From: Heteronotia binoei
Lineage: Eukaryota
Direction of reading: 5' to 3'
Assembly (NCBI RefSeq): GCF_032191835.1
Contig: NC_083223.1
Location: 51,460,001 to 51,524,000, forward strand
DNA length: 64,000 bases
Shown one piece after another: positions 62,284-64,000 of this stretch (position 1 is the stretch's first letter; each line of letters starts with the position of its first letter). The notes under the pieces are model-generated. The model did not search any database, was not told where the DNA came from, and saw only the letters and a list, made by a program, of their open reading frames with translations. Position numbers and translations under genes: made by a program.

Positions 62284-63387
62284 GACATAGGCATTTGCCT
62301 AGGGCGGTGAGTCGCGCATGTGTGTACACCAAATTCAGCTCTCCCCACATGGCTTATTTAGCCAGAACCTGTGGTCCATTCTGTTCAATTCATTTGGGCT
62401 TCCATGTAGTGGAGATTTGAACCAGAGTTTCCTGATCCTGGTTTAACACACTAACCACAACACCCCAATGGCTTCATTTTGTGTTCTGTGTTCTATTTTA
62501 TCTCATTGAAACCAGTAAGACTTACACATTTACCTTTGGCTGGTTTATGTCCAGTGCATAGGGATCAGATACAGCACATCTAGTATTCACAAGTCGTTAA
62601 AAGATTTTAGTCTATGGTGAATAAGGATGTCAGATTACTACAGTTGGCATTTCTCATGTGACTGATGAAAAGGCGTTTTTATGTCTGAATAGAAACATTT
62701 ACTACACACACTATAACTAGAAGCACAGATGGCTGCTCTTATATGGTAAAATTAAATATTATGATTATAAATAGTATTAGCCCATTTAGGCCAGTTTAAA
62801 GAAGAAAATAACCCAGAGAGATTTTTAAAGAAATTGTAATTATACTCTTGGAAGTTTACATTCAACATTTACAAAAGTAAACTAGTTTCATGTTAACATT
62901 AGTAGTAATGTTATTGCACTTCTCTTGTGGCTGGTGAAAAATCAGTCAACCATTTATGCGTTCTTGTATTGTCTACTATCAGCTGAGGAAAATATGAGCA
63001 TCCTATGAAGCTACCCTTTAACTAGAAACTGACAATGAAAACTAAGCCAATGTACCGCAAACCTGGTTTGTCTAGTCTGAGTAAAAGAAAAGCAATGAAA
63101 GAATTTACAGAACCCTATGAAATTTCTCAGACCCAAGGCTAAATTGACTTCAGATTTCTGAGGACCAGTCATCTGCACATGGCAAGAATCAAATAAGTGA
63201 TGTGGAGCAGCCTCATGGCAAAAAAGCATTTAATATTTGTGCTACCACAAGCCTTTCCCACATCCAACTCTGAAGTAGGTAGTTCCAAAAGCACATGAAG
63301 CTAATATATGGGAAATTTACATTTTGGTTTCTGTAGGCTTTGTTGCGCTGCCATCTTATCTTTGTTTAATTACAATTGCATTTTCAG

Positions 63388-63459
63388 CTCAAAAGAAACC
63401 TACTGACTACCAGCTGCCATCCACTATAGACAATTATGATGAAAAGCAGAAAGCAGCAG
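63388..63459 (+). other. Candidate 72-nt symmetric (phase 1-1) exon, unidentified
   Basis: GCATTTTCAG acceptor and CAG|GTGCTC (weak) donor. Open frame QKKPTDYQLPSTIDNYDEKQKAA. Confidence 0.2.
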
Positions 63460-63663
63460 GTGCTCCCCCATAATATTTTCTACCACCACTTTTTGTTCCT
63501 ACAAGTTTCAATATCAGTACAGTTTGTGGATTAAAGCTTAAGAAAACCTAAAGGGGGTTATCCTCAGCAACAAGCAAAAGCCATTACTACTTCTGCTAGG
63601 CCAAGTCTGGCTAACCTTAGCTGCCTCTGCTCAGACTGGAACAGTGTTCAGTGTTTCAGCTAG

Positions 63664-64000
63664 TGTCATATGCTGGTCACACACATAAACAAGGCATACA
63701 CCAGAGTTTCAAGTGAAGGCCAGAGAGCAGTCCAAGAAGTTGATAAGCCAAGAGTTCATACTGGAGGGTCATTACCAGAGAGGGATGAGCCAATGAACAT
63801 GGTCAGGAAATCCAGATGCCATACACAAGTCAGGTTCACAAAGCCAAAGTCCAAATCACAAGCCAAAATCAAAATCCAAAGCCAGTCCAAGATCACACGC
63901 AAAGAGGTAAGGTTCAGGAACTGTGGTCACAGAATCTACCAGATTGATTTATCGCTTTCACACAATACAGTACCCTGACTTTTTAAAAAAATATCCATCC
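63664..64000. mobile_element. Possible LTR fragment running off the window end
   Basis: Starts TGTCAT and has repetitive AGTCC/AGCCAAAG-rich blocks resembling reverse-strand Gypsy LTRs. The other end is not visible. Confidence 0.3.

Noticed and set aside
62644-62745. Exon-like segment ending ATG|GTAAAA
   Set aside because: No polypyrimidine tract and all frames closed.

Overview
Vertebrate nuclear DNA, very likely a gecko-type squamate. This is inferred from Sauria/Squam2/Squam3-type SINEs, 5S-derived SINEs, L2/CR1/RTE/L1/Penelope retroelements and TAGGGTTGCC- and CAGGGC-ended hAT MITEs. No intact host gene could be identified; only a few weak candidate exons were found. Layout: (1) 127-8148 holds a nearly full-length RTE LINE with one nonsense codon and a mutated catalytic Asp, a 5'-truncated L2 and a CR1 3' end. 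(2) 13893-44055 is an almost perfect head-to-tail duplication of a 15,080-bp unit. The unit contains a decayed Penelope element with nested insertions, several SINEs and MITEs, and a 1.55-kb hAT element carrying CpG-rich, apparently spliceable coding-like cargo. (3) 49240-57890 is a nest of L1 > L1 > L2, interrupted by an unclassified TSD-less ~760-bp element with asymmetric inverted termini and a terminal hairpin; a diverged second copy lies at 60503-61263. (4) 59160-60091 is a solo LTR with a 5-bp TSD. Family names come from recalled motifs, not database searches.
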